64,000 bases of DNA from Candidatus Nomurabacteria bacterium GW2011_GWD2_36_14 (GTDB taxonomy: Bacteria; Patescibacteriota; Minisyncoccia; Phycocordibacterales; UBA9973), in assembly GCA_000991405.1 (NCBI GenBank), contig LBRL01000001.1, positions 625,841 through 689,840 on the forward strand, written 5' to 3'. Of the stretch, positions 36,190 through 46,163 are shown piece after piece. The notes below the pieces were generated by a model. That model was not told where the DNA came from. It saw nothing but the letters and a program-made list of their open reading frames with translations, and made no database searches. The position numbers and the translations under genes are program-made. How positions within the stretch are numbered: the stretch's first letter is position 1; each line of letters begins with the position of its first letter.

Positions 36190-37980
36190 GTGGTTTATAT
36201 GGATAAAGAAAAAGATTATAATAATTTACACATAGCATTAGTCCTGAAATATTTCTGGAGGGTTGTTCGACGATTTAAAAAATCGTTCTTTTCTGCTGTT
36301 ATTGGAACATTTATTGCTACCGCTCTTGATCTATATATACCTTTTCAGTTTCTTAAACTCTGGAATATTTTAAGCACAAATAATTTTGTTGTTTCAAATC
36401 AAGCGTATCATATAGTAGCTACTATACTTATTTTAGGTATCATTCGTGTATTTATTGCTAGGGGTGTCAACTTCTTATCTGCTTATCTTGAGGCGAATGT
36501 AATAGCAGGACTACGAGAACAGGCCTTCTCTTATCTGATGGGACATTCCCATTCTTTCTTCTCAGATAATTTTGGTGGATCTCTTACTCAAAAAATAAAC
36601 AAACACGCAAAAGCATTTGAGAGATTAATGGATATGATGATTGATAATGGTCTCCCTCTTTTACTAAGAACAGTAGGAACGGTTTTTGCTATTTATACAC
36701 TTGCTCCTAAATATTCATTTATATTACTGACCTTCTCTGTTGTTTTTATTTTGACTGCATTAATTTACGTTCGACTTAAACTTAAATACGACATAATATC
36801 AGCACAAGCAGATACCAAGACTACAGGAGCACTAGCAGACTCAATAGGTAATTATTCGTCAGTTCAACTTTTTGCAGGTCGTGAGTATGAGGACAAAAGA
36901 GTTGGAGAAGTAATACAAAAACAGAAGAGGGCTACAGTAACAAACTGGTATTTGTGGAGTGGTTTATTTTTTATGCAGAGCCTTTATACAACAATCATTG
37001 AGTTCGTTATTTTCTGGATAGCTATAGGTGATTGGAAATTAGGTATTATAGGAGTTCCAGTCATTATTTTAATACAAACTTATCTGTCACGCCTCACTAG
37101 TTATCTCTGGACATTCCACTCTATAGTTCGTACATTTTATGATGGGTTTGCTGATGCACAAGAGATGGCACTGGTCATGGAGAAGCCTTATGATATAAAA
37201 GATGAAGTGACAAATGAATTAAAAAATGTAAAAGGCGAAGTGGTGTTTGACAACGTCACTTATATTTACGACAAGAATAATACAAAAGTGTTTGATAACT
37301 TCTCTCTTACCATACCTGCAGGGCAAAAGCTTGCGATAGTTGGGACTTCGGGGGCAGGGAAGTCGACTTTCGTAAATCTTCTTATGAGGTTGTTCAACTT
37401 AACTTCAGGGAAGATATTGATAGATGGGGTAGATATCAGTACTATCTCTCAGAAGAATCTGCGAGAAGAGATAGGCTTCGTGCCTCAAGATCCAGCCCTA
37501 TTCCACCGAACACTTCTAGAAAATATTCGCTATGGAAGACGTGACGCGACAGATGAAGAAGTCAAAGAAGCAAGTCGTTTGGCTAACTGTGATAAATTTA
37601 TAGACAGATTGCCACTTGGTTATGAAACTTATGTAGGAGAGAGAGGTATAAAGCTCTCAGGTGGGGAGCGTCAACGTGTGGCTATTGCCAGAGCAATACT
37701 TAAGGATGCACCTATACTAGTACTAGATGAAGCGACTTCGGCTCTCGATTCAGAATCCGAGATGCTTATCCAAGAAGCTTTGCAAAACTTGATAAAGAAC
37801 AAGACGACGATAGTTATAGCTCACAGACTCTCGACTGTTCGTGCGATGGATAGAATAATTGTGATAGAAGACGGAAAGATAGTAGAAGACGACAATCACG
37901 ATGAACTCTTGAATAATAAAGATGGTATATATAAAAAGCTCTGGGATATACAGTCTGGGGGGTTTGATACTATTGAATAA
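36190..37980 (+). CDS. ABC exporter, fused permease-ATPase (MsbA/Lipid A exporter-like)
   Basis: Six-TM N-terminal domain. Walker A GTSGAGKST, signature LSGGERQRVAIARA, Walker B ILVLDEATSALD. Confidence 0.85.
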   Translation: MVYMDKEKDYNNLHIALVLKYFWRVVRRFKKSFFSAVIGTFIATALDLYIPFQFLKLWNILSTNNFVVSNQAYHIVATILILGIIRVFIARGVNFLSAYLEANVIAGLREQAFSYLMGHSHSFFSDNFGGSLTQKINKHAKAFERLMDMMIDNGLPLLLRTVGTVFAIYTLAPKYSFILLTFSVVFILTALIYVRLKLKYDIISAQADTKTTGALADSIGNYSSVQLFAGREYEDKRVGEVIQKQKRATVTNWYLWSGLFFMQSLYTTIIEFVIFWIAIGDWKLGIIGVPVIILIQTYLSRLTSYLWTFHSIVRTFYDGFADAQEMALVMEKPYDIKDEVTNELKNVKGEVVFDNVTYIYDKNNTKVFDNFSLTIPAGQKLAIVGTSGAGKSTFVNLLMRLFNLTSGKILIDGVDISTISQKNLREEIGFVPQDPALFHRTLLENIRYGRRDATDEEVKEASRLANCDKFIDRLPLGYETYVGERGIKLSGGERQRVAIARAILKDAPILVLDEATSALDSESEMLIQEALQNLIKNKTTIVIAHRLSTVRAMDRIIVIEDGKIVEDDNHDELLNNKDGIYKKLWDIQSGGFDTIE

Positions 37981-38006
37981 AGTTTATTGGTTTTGAATTA
38001 ACTCCA

Positions 38007-38105
38007 TAAAAAAATTCTCGGACTCACCACACAATAAAATTCTGCTGAATTTTTTGCTCGCACTCGGTCCGTCGACCTGCGTGAGGGTTCGCTCGAGAAC
38101 ATTTT
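38007..38105. repeat. Conserved ~95-nt intergenic element, copy 2 of 2 (R element)
   Basis: Same conserved blocks as 9956..10052. It lies in the convergent gap between the ABC exporter and the TerC-like gene. Confidence 0.5.
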
Positions 38106-38112
38106 TACTCCG

Positions 38113-39039
38113 TTAATTCAACTTTAATTGTTTGTTTAATTTAACGGATTTGAAAACGAAGTATCCGATTATAGCGAAAGTTAGGAGAGGGGAAACATAT
38201 GAAGGGATATGAACTCCAAATGCGTCTGCCATCATAACTATACCTAGAACGAAGATAGAATACATGGCTCCGTTCTTCAAGAAGGCGTACTTTTTAATTC
38301 GATCTATATTACTGATAGTTAATTTCCTCAATACAAAAGCACCAAGTCCGTTGCCCAGTATGATGAGTGGTACAGAAAGTGTAAAGGCAAAAGCTCCAAG
38401 TACTCCATCTATAGAGAAGGTCATATCTATAATTTCAAGATAAAGTATTTTACTAATATCTGACATCTTGTTGTCGCTTGAGAGAAGTGCTTGCTCTCCT
38501 TTTTCGGCATTCTCTTTGAATCCATGAGTTATGAAAAAGGCTGTTGATCCGACAACTGCTGCAAAAGCTAGCATTGGATTTATCTTAATTGAATGCCATA
38601 CAACTACAGCTAGAATGATAGACACAACAGCAAAGAACCAGACTCCATTCTTCTGGAAAAATCTTTCATGACGTAGTCCGAAGTTCTTTGTTTCAAGGAA
38701 TAGCCAGTGGAAGAAAAGAAAGACAAGGAAAATACCTCCACCTAACAATAGGATAGGGGCAGATTCTTCAATAGCAGTATGAATACTAGGGTCATTGGAA
38801 AAGGTAGCAGTTAATGCCCCGATAGGTCCCAATTCTGGGACAGTTGCCCAAATAATTATCCAAGGAAGAAGTCCTCTTACTACAAATACTGCAAAAAAGA
38901 AACCATAAACAAGAAACCATCTTCTTGCTTTTTTCCCCATAGTACCTAAAACTTCTGCATTAATAACGGCGTTATCGATACTTGAAATAACTTCAAATAA
39001 ACATAATCCTAAAACTGTAAGAATCATTGTGAAAATCAT
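38113..39039 (-). CDS. TerC/DUF475-family integral membrane protein
   Basis: N-terminal EVISSIDNAVINA motif and about 8 TM helices. Confidence 0.55.
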   Translation of the reverse strand: MIFTMILTVLGLCLFEVISSIDNAVINAEVLGTMGKKARRWFLVYGFFFAVFVVRGLLPWIIIWATVPELGPIGALTATFSNDPSIHTAIEESAPILLLGGGIFLVFLFFHWLFLETKNFGLRHERFFQKNGVWFFAVVSIILAVVVWHSIKINPMLAFAAVVGSTAFFITHGFKENAEKGEQALLSSDNKMSDISKILYLEIIDMTFSIDGVLGAFAFTLSVPLIILGNGLGAFVLRKLTISNIDRIKKYAFLKNGAMYSIFVLGIVMMADAFGVHIPSYVSPLLTFAIIGYFVFKSVKLNKQLKLN

Positions 39040-39152
39040 TCTACTATTATATATTAAAAATTGTTATAATAAAAATATATGAATCCGGAGACGAAAATAT
39101 GTCATCCCGAAGGAAAGAGTACTTTCAATGGGACAGGAAACTGTAAAAATAT

Positions 39153-40883
39153 ATGAGTGATATGTCTGAAAGTAGAATATGTCAAAATTGTAAGCAAAAT
39201 TTCGTTATCGAGCCTGATGACTTCTCTTTCTATGAGAAGATTAAGGTCCCTCCACCAACCTTTTGTCCAGAGTGTAGAACTATAAGAAGATTATGTTGGC
39301 GTAATGAGATGTCTTTATTTAGAAGGAAATGTGACGTGCCTGGTCATAAAGAAATGCTCATTTCTTTTTATCCACCTGAGGAAAAATTAGTTATTTATGA
39401 TTCTAAATCATGGTGGGGAGATGGTTGGGATGCCCTTTCTTATGGTAGGGAATACGACTTTTCTAAATCATTTTTTGAACAATGGAAGGAATTAAGGGAT
39501 GTTTTCCCGCTTCAACACCTATCAAATTCTAATGCCACCAATAGTGATTACTGTAACATTGCGGAAGATAGTAAGAATAGTTATATGTCATCTGGATCTT
39601 GGAAAATTGAACAAACTCACTATTCTAATAGAATATTTTTTACCAAAGATTCTTCTGATCTATACATAGTTCAAAATTCTGAACTATGTTATGACGATGT
39701 AATGTGTTCGGACTGCTATCATTTAATGTATTCTCTTAATTGTAAGAATTGTGTTGATTCGTATTTCTTGTACGACTGTATAGGGTGCACTGACTGCTTT
39801 GGTTGCAGTAATCTCCGTAATAAATCATACTGTATTTGGAACGAACAATTTTCTAGAGAAGAATATAAGAGTCGTTTGGAAGAGATGAATTTAATGGATT
39901 TTAATGTGATTGAAAAATTTAAATTACATTTCAAAGAAATTTATTTAAAATCAATTCATCGTTTTGCCACTCAGATAAAATGTGTTAATTCGACAGGAGA
40001 GAATCTTAATGGGGTAAAAAATTGTAAATCATGTTTCGATTCTAGTGGTCAAATAGAAGATTCAAAATATGTTCATTGGTCTAAAATGAACTTAAAAGAT
40101 ACTTACGATTCAGGTCCAGGGGTAGGAATGGGGGAGTTGATGTATGAAACATTTGATACAGGAATAGGTAATTTTAGGAATCTTTTCACTAGTGTTGTTT
40201 ATAGTTCGAATGATATTGAGTATTGTTTTAATTGTCATGGAAGTTCTAATCTATTTGGTTGTATTGGTTTAAGAAATAAAAAATATTGTATTTTAAATAA
40301 ACAATATACAAAAGAAGAATATGAAGAATTGGTGATATCGATTAAAAAACAAATGATGGAAGTTCCTTATGTAGATAAAAAGGGGATTGTATACAAATAT
40401 GGTGAGTTCTTTCCAAGTGAACTTTCCCCTTTTTGTTACAATGAAACTCAAGCCCAAGATTATTTTCCAACAACAAGAGAAAAAGCTTTAGAGAATGGGT
40501 ATAGATGGCGAGACAGAAAAAATACTGAATACCAAATAACAATAAAAGCAAAAGATTTGCCTGATAATTTCGATGATAATAAAATTGATATCACTAAAGA
40601 AGTTATAGGTTGTTTGCATGAAGAAAATTGTCAGGATAGATGTAAGGGGGCATATAAAATAATAGAAGATGAACTTAATTTATATAAACGCCTTGGGGTT
40701 CCTCTGCCTAGACTATGCTTCTTTTGTAGGCATGAAAGTAGATTAAGAATGCGAACCCCCATGAAACTTTGGCATAGATCCTGTATGAAAGAAGGCTGTA
40801 CTAATGAATTTGAGACCTCGTATGCTCCAGAGAGGCCAGAGATCGTGTATTGCGAGAAGTGTTATCAACAGGAAGTATATTAA
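39153..40883 (+). CDS. Cysteine-rich multi-zinc-ribbon protein, paralog 2 of 5
   Basis: 576 aa. RICQNCKQNFVIEPDDFSFYEKIKVPPPTFCPECR ... CKNCVDSYFLYDCIGCTDCFGCSNLRNKSYCIWNEQ ... NLFGCIGLRNKKYCILNKQYTKEEYEEL ... KLWHRSCMKEGCTNEFETSYAPERPEIVYCEKCYQQEVY. Confidence 0.8.
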   Translation: MSDMSESRICQNCKQNFVIEPDDFSFYEKIKVPPPTFCPECRTIRRLCWRNEMSLFRRKCDVPGHKEMLISFYPPEEKLVIYDSKSWWGDGWDALSYGREYDFSKSFFEQWKELRDVFPLQHLSNSNATNSDYCNIAEDSKNSYMSSGSWKIEQTHYSNRIFFTKDSSDLYIVQNSELCYDDVMCSDCYHLMYSLNCKNCVDSYFLYDCIGCTDCFGCSNLRNKSYCIWNEQFSREEYKSRLEEMNLMDFNVIEKFKLHFKEIYLKSIHRFATQIKCVNSTGENLNGVKNCKSCFDSSGQIEDSKYVHWSKMNLKDTYDSGPGVGMGELMYETFDTGIGNFRNLFTSVVYSSNDIEYCFNCHGSSNLFGCIGLRNKKYCILNKQYTKEEYEELVISIKKQMMEVPYVDKKGIVYKYGEFFPSELSPFCYNETQAQDYFPTTREKALENGYRWRDRKNTEYQITIKAKDLPDNFDDNKIDITKEVIGCLHEENCQDRCKGAYKIIEDELNLYKRLGVPLPRLCFFCRHESRLRMRTPMKLWHRSCMKEGCTNEFETSYAPERPEIVYCEKCYQQEVY

Positions 40884-40886
40884 AAC

Positions 40887-42599
40887 ATGGAATATCAATC
40901 AGAAAATAAAATATGCCAAAACTGCAAGAAAGACTTCACTATCGAGATGGACGACTTTTCTTTCTATGAGAAGATAAAAGTTCCTCCACCAACATTTTGT
41001 CCGGAGTGTAGAATGCAGAGAAGATTTAGTGTTAGAAATGAGAGAAATTTATACAGAAGAGAATGTGGGCTATGTGGAAACAAAATAATTTCTATGTATT
41101 CTCCTGATAAACAATTTCCTGTGTTTTGTACTAGTTGCTGGTGGGGTGATAAATGGGATCCTACAGTAGATGGACAACAGTATGATTTTACAAAGCCGTT
41201 TTTTAAGCAGTTTCGTGAATTATTAAACAAAATACCCCGTCCTTCTCTTATCGTGCCAGATACAAAAAATTGTGACTTTTGTAATCATATGGCTGGTGGA
41301 AAAGACTCATATTTGTGTTTTGGATCTATAAACATAGAAAATTGTTTTTATGGTTCTCCTTATGAATCAAAATATTGTGTTGATACGTATGTATCTAGAG
41401 AATGCGAATATTGTTATGAATCTATAGATTCTGAAAAATTATCACGATGCAAATATTGTCATAATTGTTCTAATTCATTTGATTTAACATATTGTTTTGA
41501 TTGTAAAAATTGCAATGATTGCATAGGTTGTGCTGGTTTAAGAAATAAAAGTTATTTTATTTTTAATAAACAGTACACCAAAGAAGGATATTTAAAAGAA
41601 AAAAGTAAAATATTAGATGGAAGTTATAAAAAGTTAAATGCAATAAAAGAAGAGTTTGAAAATATAAAAATAAAATTACCACGCAAGTTTAGTACCATAT
41701 TATATTCAGATAATGTAAAAGGTGATCATATAGTCCAATCAAAAAATGCTACTTATTGTTTTGATGTTAAGAAAAGCAAGGATATTAAATATTGTAAACA
41801 AGTTATTGAAGCCATAGACGTTCATGATGCAAACTATTGTGAATTTATGGAACTATGTTATGACTACATAGGTTATTGGAAGATTAATAGAGTTCTTTTT
41901 TCTAATATAATTGGAGATTCAAATAATATTAAGTATTCAGATTTTTGTTCTGCTTCTTCAAATTTATTTGGGTGTATAGCACTCCGCTCCAAACAATACT
42001 GCATCCTAAACCGCCAATACACCAAATCCGAATACGAAGAGTTGGTTCCCAAAATCATAAAGCACATGTCCGACATGCCCTACATAGACTCTAAGGGAAG
42101 AGTATACAAATACGGTGAATTCTTCCCATCTGAACTCTCTCCCTTTGCCTACAACGAAACCATAGCTCAAGAATACTATCCATTAACTAAAGAACAAGCC
42201 CTAGAACAAGGATACAAGTGGAAAGACAAGGAAGAACGTAACTATACTATAGATATCCACACAGATGACATCCCTGACTCTATAAATGATACAGAAGACC
42301 AAGATATCCTAAACAAAGTCATTGAATGTTTCCATAAGGGAACCTGTAATCAACAATGCACAGAAGCCTTCAAGATTATCCCCGAAGAACTATCCTTCTA
42401 CCGACGTATGAACCTACCCTTACCTCGTCTCTGTCCTAACTGTCGACACTATGAACGTCTAGCTCAAAGAAACCCTATGAAATTATGGCATCGTTCCTGT
42501 ATGAAAGAGGGATGCACAAATACCTTTGAGACGAGTTATGCTCCTGAGAGACCGGAGATAGTGTATTGTGAGAAGTGTTATCAGGGGGAGGTGTATTAA
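40887..42599 (+). CDS. Cysteine-rich multi-zinc-ribbon protein, paralog 3 of 5 (tandem with paralog 2)
   Basis: 570 aa. The start is 3 nt after the stop of paralog 2. Same conserved termini and a divergent centre. Confidence 0.8.
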   Translation: MEYQSENKICQNCKKDFTIEMDDFSFYEKIKVPPPTFCPECRMQRRFSVRNERNLYRRECGLCGNKIISMYSPDKQFPVFCTSCWWGDKWDPTVDGQQYDFTKPFFKQFRELLNKIPRPSLIVPDTKNCDFCNHMAGGKDSYLCFGSINIENCFYGSPYESKYCVDTYVSRECEYCYESIDSEKLSRCKYCHNCSNSFDLTYCFDCKNCNDCIGCAGLRNKSYFIFNKQYTKEGYLKEKSKILDGSYKKLNAIKEEFENIKIKLPRKFSTILYSDNVKGDHIVQSKNATYCFDVKKSKDIKYCKQVIEAIDVHDANYCEFMELCYDYIGYWKINRVLFSNIIGDSNNIKYSDFCSASSNLFGCIALRSKQYCILNRQYTKSEYEELVPKIIKHMSDMPYIDSKGRVYKYGEFFPSELSPFAYNETIAQEYYPLTKEQALEQGYKWKDKEERNYTIDIHTDDIPDSINDTEDQDILNKVIECFHKGTCNQQCTEAFKIIPEELSFYRRMNLPLPRLCPNCRHYERLAQRNPMKLWHRSCMKEGCTNTFETSYAPERPEIVYCEKCYQGEVY

Positions 42600-42959
42600 T
42601 TCTCCTCTTGAGGAGTACCCGAAGGGGGAGGTGGAGGATTTAAATTCATCCACCCCGTCTTTTGAGTACAAAATCCACCCCTCAAGAGGGGAATGAATGC
42701 AATAAAATGCAATTTTCGGGGGCTTGTTTAGTTTTAAAAAAGGAAGAATTTTTGTTATGAAAATATCCTTTAATAGTAGTACTCTAAGGGCGACTTTTGG
42801 AGAAAATTTGGAGAACTATTGACTCATTCCCAATATTTTTTTGTAGTGTTTATTTTCTCCCAATACCTCTTGTTATGATACTAAAAGTAAGAGTATAATA
42901 TAAACCCAAAAGCAAAAGTGGGAGACAGGTGAGACATTATTAATTAAAATAAAAAAATT

Positions 42960-45305
42960 ATGGTTGCAAAAAAGAAGGTGCTAAGTCTCAAAAAAAAGAG
43001 TACAAAGGTCGCCCTAAAGAGTGAGGAAGTTTCTGTTGAAAAAAAGTCAGACAAGAATATTTTTATTAAAAGCGTTCTTAAGAGAGATGGAACTACTGTT
43101 CCTTTTGATCTTAATAAGATAACGAATGCTATTAATAAAGCTATGCTTGCAAGCGGGGAAGGTTCTATCAAAGATGCCAATATTGTGGCTGATAAGGTTT
43201 TCAACGAAATAGTCAAAATAGCCAAGAAATATAAGAACTTTATGCCAACTGTGGAGGGCGTTCAGGACACTGTCGAGCAGGAACTTATGCTATCTGACTT
43301 CGTCAAAACTTCTAAGAACTATATTCTTTATCGTGAAGAGCGAGCACGTCTACGATCCCATAGTATAACTGTGCCAGAGCGTGTGAAGAAGCTAAATGAT
43401 GAAAGTAAAAAATATTTTAGAAATCCACTTTCTGAATTCGTTTACTATCGTTCATATGCGAAGTGGATTGAAGAAGAAGGAAGAAGAGAAACATGGATAG
43501 AGACTATCAGCAGATATGTTGAATTCATGAAAGGTAAGCTTGGAGACAAGCTGAAAGAAAGTGAATATGAAGAAGTACGTGAAGCAATCCTCAAGCAAGA
43601 AGCTATGCCTTCCATGAGACTCTTGCAATTTGCTGGTCCTGCTGCCGAGAAGACAAATGTCTGTGCTTACAACTGTTCATTCATAGCCCCATCTAAGTTT
43701 CAAGACTTTGGAGAGATTATTTACATCTCTATGTGTGGAACAGGAGTAGGATTCTCTGTAGAAAGTAAAAATATTCAAGCACTTCCTCAAATAAAAAATC
43801 AATCAGGCAAGAAGCTTCCTACTTTCGTTGTACCAGACACTAAAGAAGGCTGGGCAGATGCATTTGTCCTTGGTATGAAGACTTGGTTTGATGGTAATGA
43901 TATAGAGTTTGACTTCTCACTTTTGCGTCCAGCTGGGGCTCGTCTTAAAATAATGGGAGGTAAGAGTTCTGGCCCTAAACCCTTGATAGATCTACTTGGA
44001 TTTACACGAGACCGCATATTAAGACGCCAAGGTAGACACTTGAGGAATATAGATGCTCACGACATTATCTGTAAGATTGGTGAATGTGTAGTATCTGGTG
44101 GAGTTCGCCGAAGTGCCCTTATATCACTCTCTGACTTAGATGATTCTGAAATGCGTGATGCAAAAAACGGACAATTCTGGCTCAATGAAGGACAACGTAT
44201 GCTTGCGAACAATTCTGCCGTTTACAACGTTAAACCAACAGAAACAGAATTCTTGAAAGAATGGATTGCTCTTATGGAATCAGGAAGTGGAGAGAGAGGC
44301 ATCTTCAACCGCGGATCTCTTTATAAATCTCTTCCAAAGAGAAGAATCGAAAAGTCTGCTGATTTTATAGGGGAGATGGGTACAAATCCTTGTGGAGAGA
44401 TAATTCTAAGATCAAAGCAATTCTGTAACTTATCTGAAGTAGTGGCTAGAGCAGAAGACACTGAAGAATCTCTACTGAGAAAGATTCGCATCGCTACTAT
44501 TATTGGTACATACCAGTCGACGCTTACAAAGTTTGGATACTTATCAAAAGAATGGAAAGATAATTGTGATGCAGAGAAATTACTCGGAGTTTCTGTTACT
44601 GGGCAGTGGGATTCGAAGATTGCTCGCGACCCTGCCATGCTCACTAAACTTCGTCTTGAAGCTATTCGTGTAAACAAGGTATATGCAAAAAGATTTGGTA
44701 TCAATGAGTCTACTTGTATTACCGCTGTGAAGCCTTCTGGGACTGTCTCTCAGACTGTAGACTGTGCTTCAGGAATGCATCCTCGTCATGCGCCTTATTA
44801 TATACGTCGTATTCGTATTTCAGCGACAGACTCACTATTCAAAATGATGAAAGATCAAGGAGTTCCTTACCATCCAGAAGTTGGTCAGACTCTTGATGAG
44901 GCCAATACTTTCGTTCTTGAATTCCCAATGAAAGCTCCAGAGGATGCCATCTGTAAAGACGACATTACTGCTATCGATCAACTAGAACACTGGAAGGTTG
45001 TGAAGGTGAACTATACTGAACACAATCCTTCTGTAACTGTGTCAGTGGGGGAGAATGAATGGATACAAGTGGCACACTGGCTCTACCAGAACTGGGATAT
45101 TGTAGGAGGGCTTTCGTTCCTACCACGAAGCAACCATGTATACCAGCTTGCTCCTTATGAAGCCATAGACGAGAAGACTTACAAGGATCTTGTATCTAAA
45201 ATGCCAGACTTTGACTTCTCAAAGATTGTGACTTATGAGATGAGAGATGAAACCGAAGTAAAGAGAGAGCTGGCTTGCGTTTCTGGTGTTTGTGATATAG
45301 TGTAA
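42960..45305 (+). CDS. nrdJ: Ribonucleotide reductase large chain with N-terminal ATP-cone; active-site NPCGE motif suggests class II (adenosylcobalamin-dependent)
   Basis: ATP-cone (VLKRDGTTVPFDLNKITNAINKA), finger-loop TNPCGEI and a C-terminal CVSGVC redox tail. No nrdB is nearby. A B12-uptake locus lies immediately downstream. Confidence 0.8.
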   Translation: MVAKKKVLSLKKKSTKVALKSEEVSVEKKSDKNIFIKSVLKRDGTTVPFDLNKITNAINKAMLASGEGSIKDANIVADKVFNEIVKIAKKYKNFMPTVEGVQDTVEQELMLSDFVKTSKNYILYREERARLRSHSITVPERVKKLNDESKKYFRNPLSEFVYYRSYAKWIEEEGRRETWIETISRYVEFMKGKLGDKLKESEYEEVREAILKQEAMPSMRLLQFAGPAAEKTNVCAYNCSFIAPSKFQDFGEIIYISMCGTGVGFSVESKNIQALPQIKNQSGKKLPTFVVPDTKEGWADAFVLGMKTWFDGNDIEFDFSLLRPAGARLKIMGGKSSGPKPLIDLLGFTRDRILRRQGRHLRNIDAHDIICKIGECVVSGGVRRSALISLSDLDDSEMRDAKNGQFWLNEGQRMLANNSAVYNVKPTETEFLKEWIALMESGSGERGIFNRGSLYKSLPKRRIEKSADFIGEMGTNPCGEIILRSKQFCNLSEVVARAEDTEESLLRKIRIATIIGTYQSTLTKFGYLSKEWKDNCDAEKLLGVSVTGQWDSKIARDPAMLTKLRLEAIRVNKVYAKRFGINESTCITAVKPSGTVSQTVDCASGMHPRHAPYYIRRIRISATDSLFKMMKDQGVPYHPEVGQTLDEANTFVLEFPMKAPEDAICKDDITAIDQLEHWKVVKVNYTEHNPSVTVSVGENEWIQVAHWLYQNWDIVGGLSFLPRSNHVYQLAPYEAIDEKTYKDLVSKMPDFDFSKIVTYEMRDETEVKRELACVSGVCDIV

Positions 45306-45320
45306 ATTAAGTTTGAGTTT

Positions 45321-45394
45321 CGCAAGTATATGTAAAATTATTTTCGCTTTACCCTAAAGGGCTCCGACGCGACAAATAATTTTACATATACTTG
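45321..45394. terminator. 21-bp perfect inverted repeat with 32-nt spacer (probable nrdJ terminator / structured element)
   Basis: GCAAGTATATGTAAAATTATT ... AATAATTTTACATATACTTGC. The spacer contains the CCCTAAAGGG mini-hairpin. Confidence 0.5.
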
Positions 45395-45410
45395 CTTCAC
45401 TATCAATAAT

Positions 45411-45941
45411 ATGAAAAAAAGTATTAAATACATAACTGCATTTTTGGCTGTCTTTGCTATCAGGCTCATGCCCTTTCGGGCACCAAACGTAGAGCCACTA
45501 ATGACAGTCATAATGCCATTTGGGAAAGTTTATGGTGGTCTGTATGCATTTGCCTTTGGATTCTTTAGTATTGTATTGTTTGATGCTGTGACTTCAGGGC
45601 TTGGTATTTGGACTCTTGTAACAGCTTTGGCATATGGAGCTTTAGGTCTTGGAGCACAGTACTACTTCAAGAATCGTTCTGGCTGGAAGAATTATGCTAC
45701 ATATGCAGTTATAGCTACGATAGTTTATGACGCTGTTACAGGTCTTACTATTGGACCACTCTTCTTCCGTCAATCATTTATGGTGTCCCTCGTAGGGCAG
45801 ATTCCTTTCACCGCTCTACACTTGCTAGGGAATGTATCTTTTGCTATAGTACTAGCACCTTTGATTGAAAGATGGGTAGTGACCGCCTCTGTTAAAACTA
45901 CGGCGAGTCAAAGAATGAAAGCAAAAGAAGTTTTAGTGTAG
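45411..45941 (+). CDS. Small polytopic membrane protein, possibly an ECF-transporter S-component-like vitamin carrier
   Basis: 176 aa, 5-6 TM helices. Located between nrdJ and the cobalamin riboswitch locus. The family assignment is tentative. Confidence 0.35.
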   Translation: MKKSIKYITAFLAVFAIRLMPFRAPNVEPLMTVIMPFGKVYGGLYAFAFGFFSIVLFDAVTSGLGIWTLVTALAYGALGLGAQYYFKNRSGWKNYATYAVIATIVYDAVTGLTIGPLFFRQSFMVSLVGQIPFTALHLLGNVSFAIVLAPLIERWVVTASVKTTASQRMKAKEVLV

Positions 45942-45984
45942 AAAAAATTGTTTTGGTTAGTTAGTTTTTTAAAATTTAAACCTA

Positions 45985-46100
45985 TGTATTTGGAAGTGAG
46001 GTGTGATTCCTCTACTGTGCCGCAACGGTAATGCTCGTAAGAGATAAGTCCGATCTTAATACAACGGTGTTTCCCGAGCAGGAGAAATCTACTATTATTT
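45985..46100 (+). promoter_or_regulatory. Putative cobalamin (B12) riboswitch
   Basis: tGGAAgtgaGGTGTGATTCCtctaCTGtGCCGCAACGGTAATG parallels the E. coli btuB and Rfam cobalamin core (GGGAA..GGUG.AA.UCC..CUG..CGCAGCGGUAAGG). A downstream GAGCAGGAGA is B12-box-like. It is followed by an intrinsic terminator. Confidence 0.55.
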
Positions 46101-46106
46101 TAGAGA

Positions 46107-46136
46107 AAAGCCCCTGCGACAGCAGGGGCTTTTCTT
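46107..46136 (+). terminator. Intrinsic terminator (expression platform of the putative riboswitch)
   Basis: AAAGCCCCTGC-GACA-GCAGGGGCTTTTCTT. Confidence 0.6.
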
Positions 46137-46163
46137 GTAATATTTATAAATTTATCAAATCAT

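Noticed and set aside
42600-42959. Cobalamin riboswitch or NrdR box directly upstream of nrdJ.
   Set aside because: I searched the 360-nt upstream region by eye for the B12-box core, GCCACTG, or NrdR-box palindromes (acaCwAtATaTwGtgt). I found only generic GC hairpins and no convincing match.
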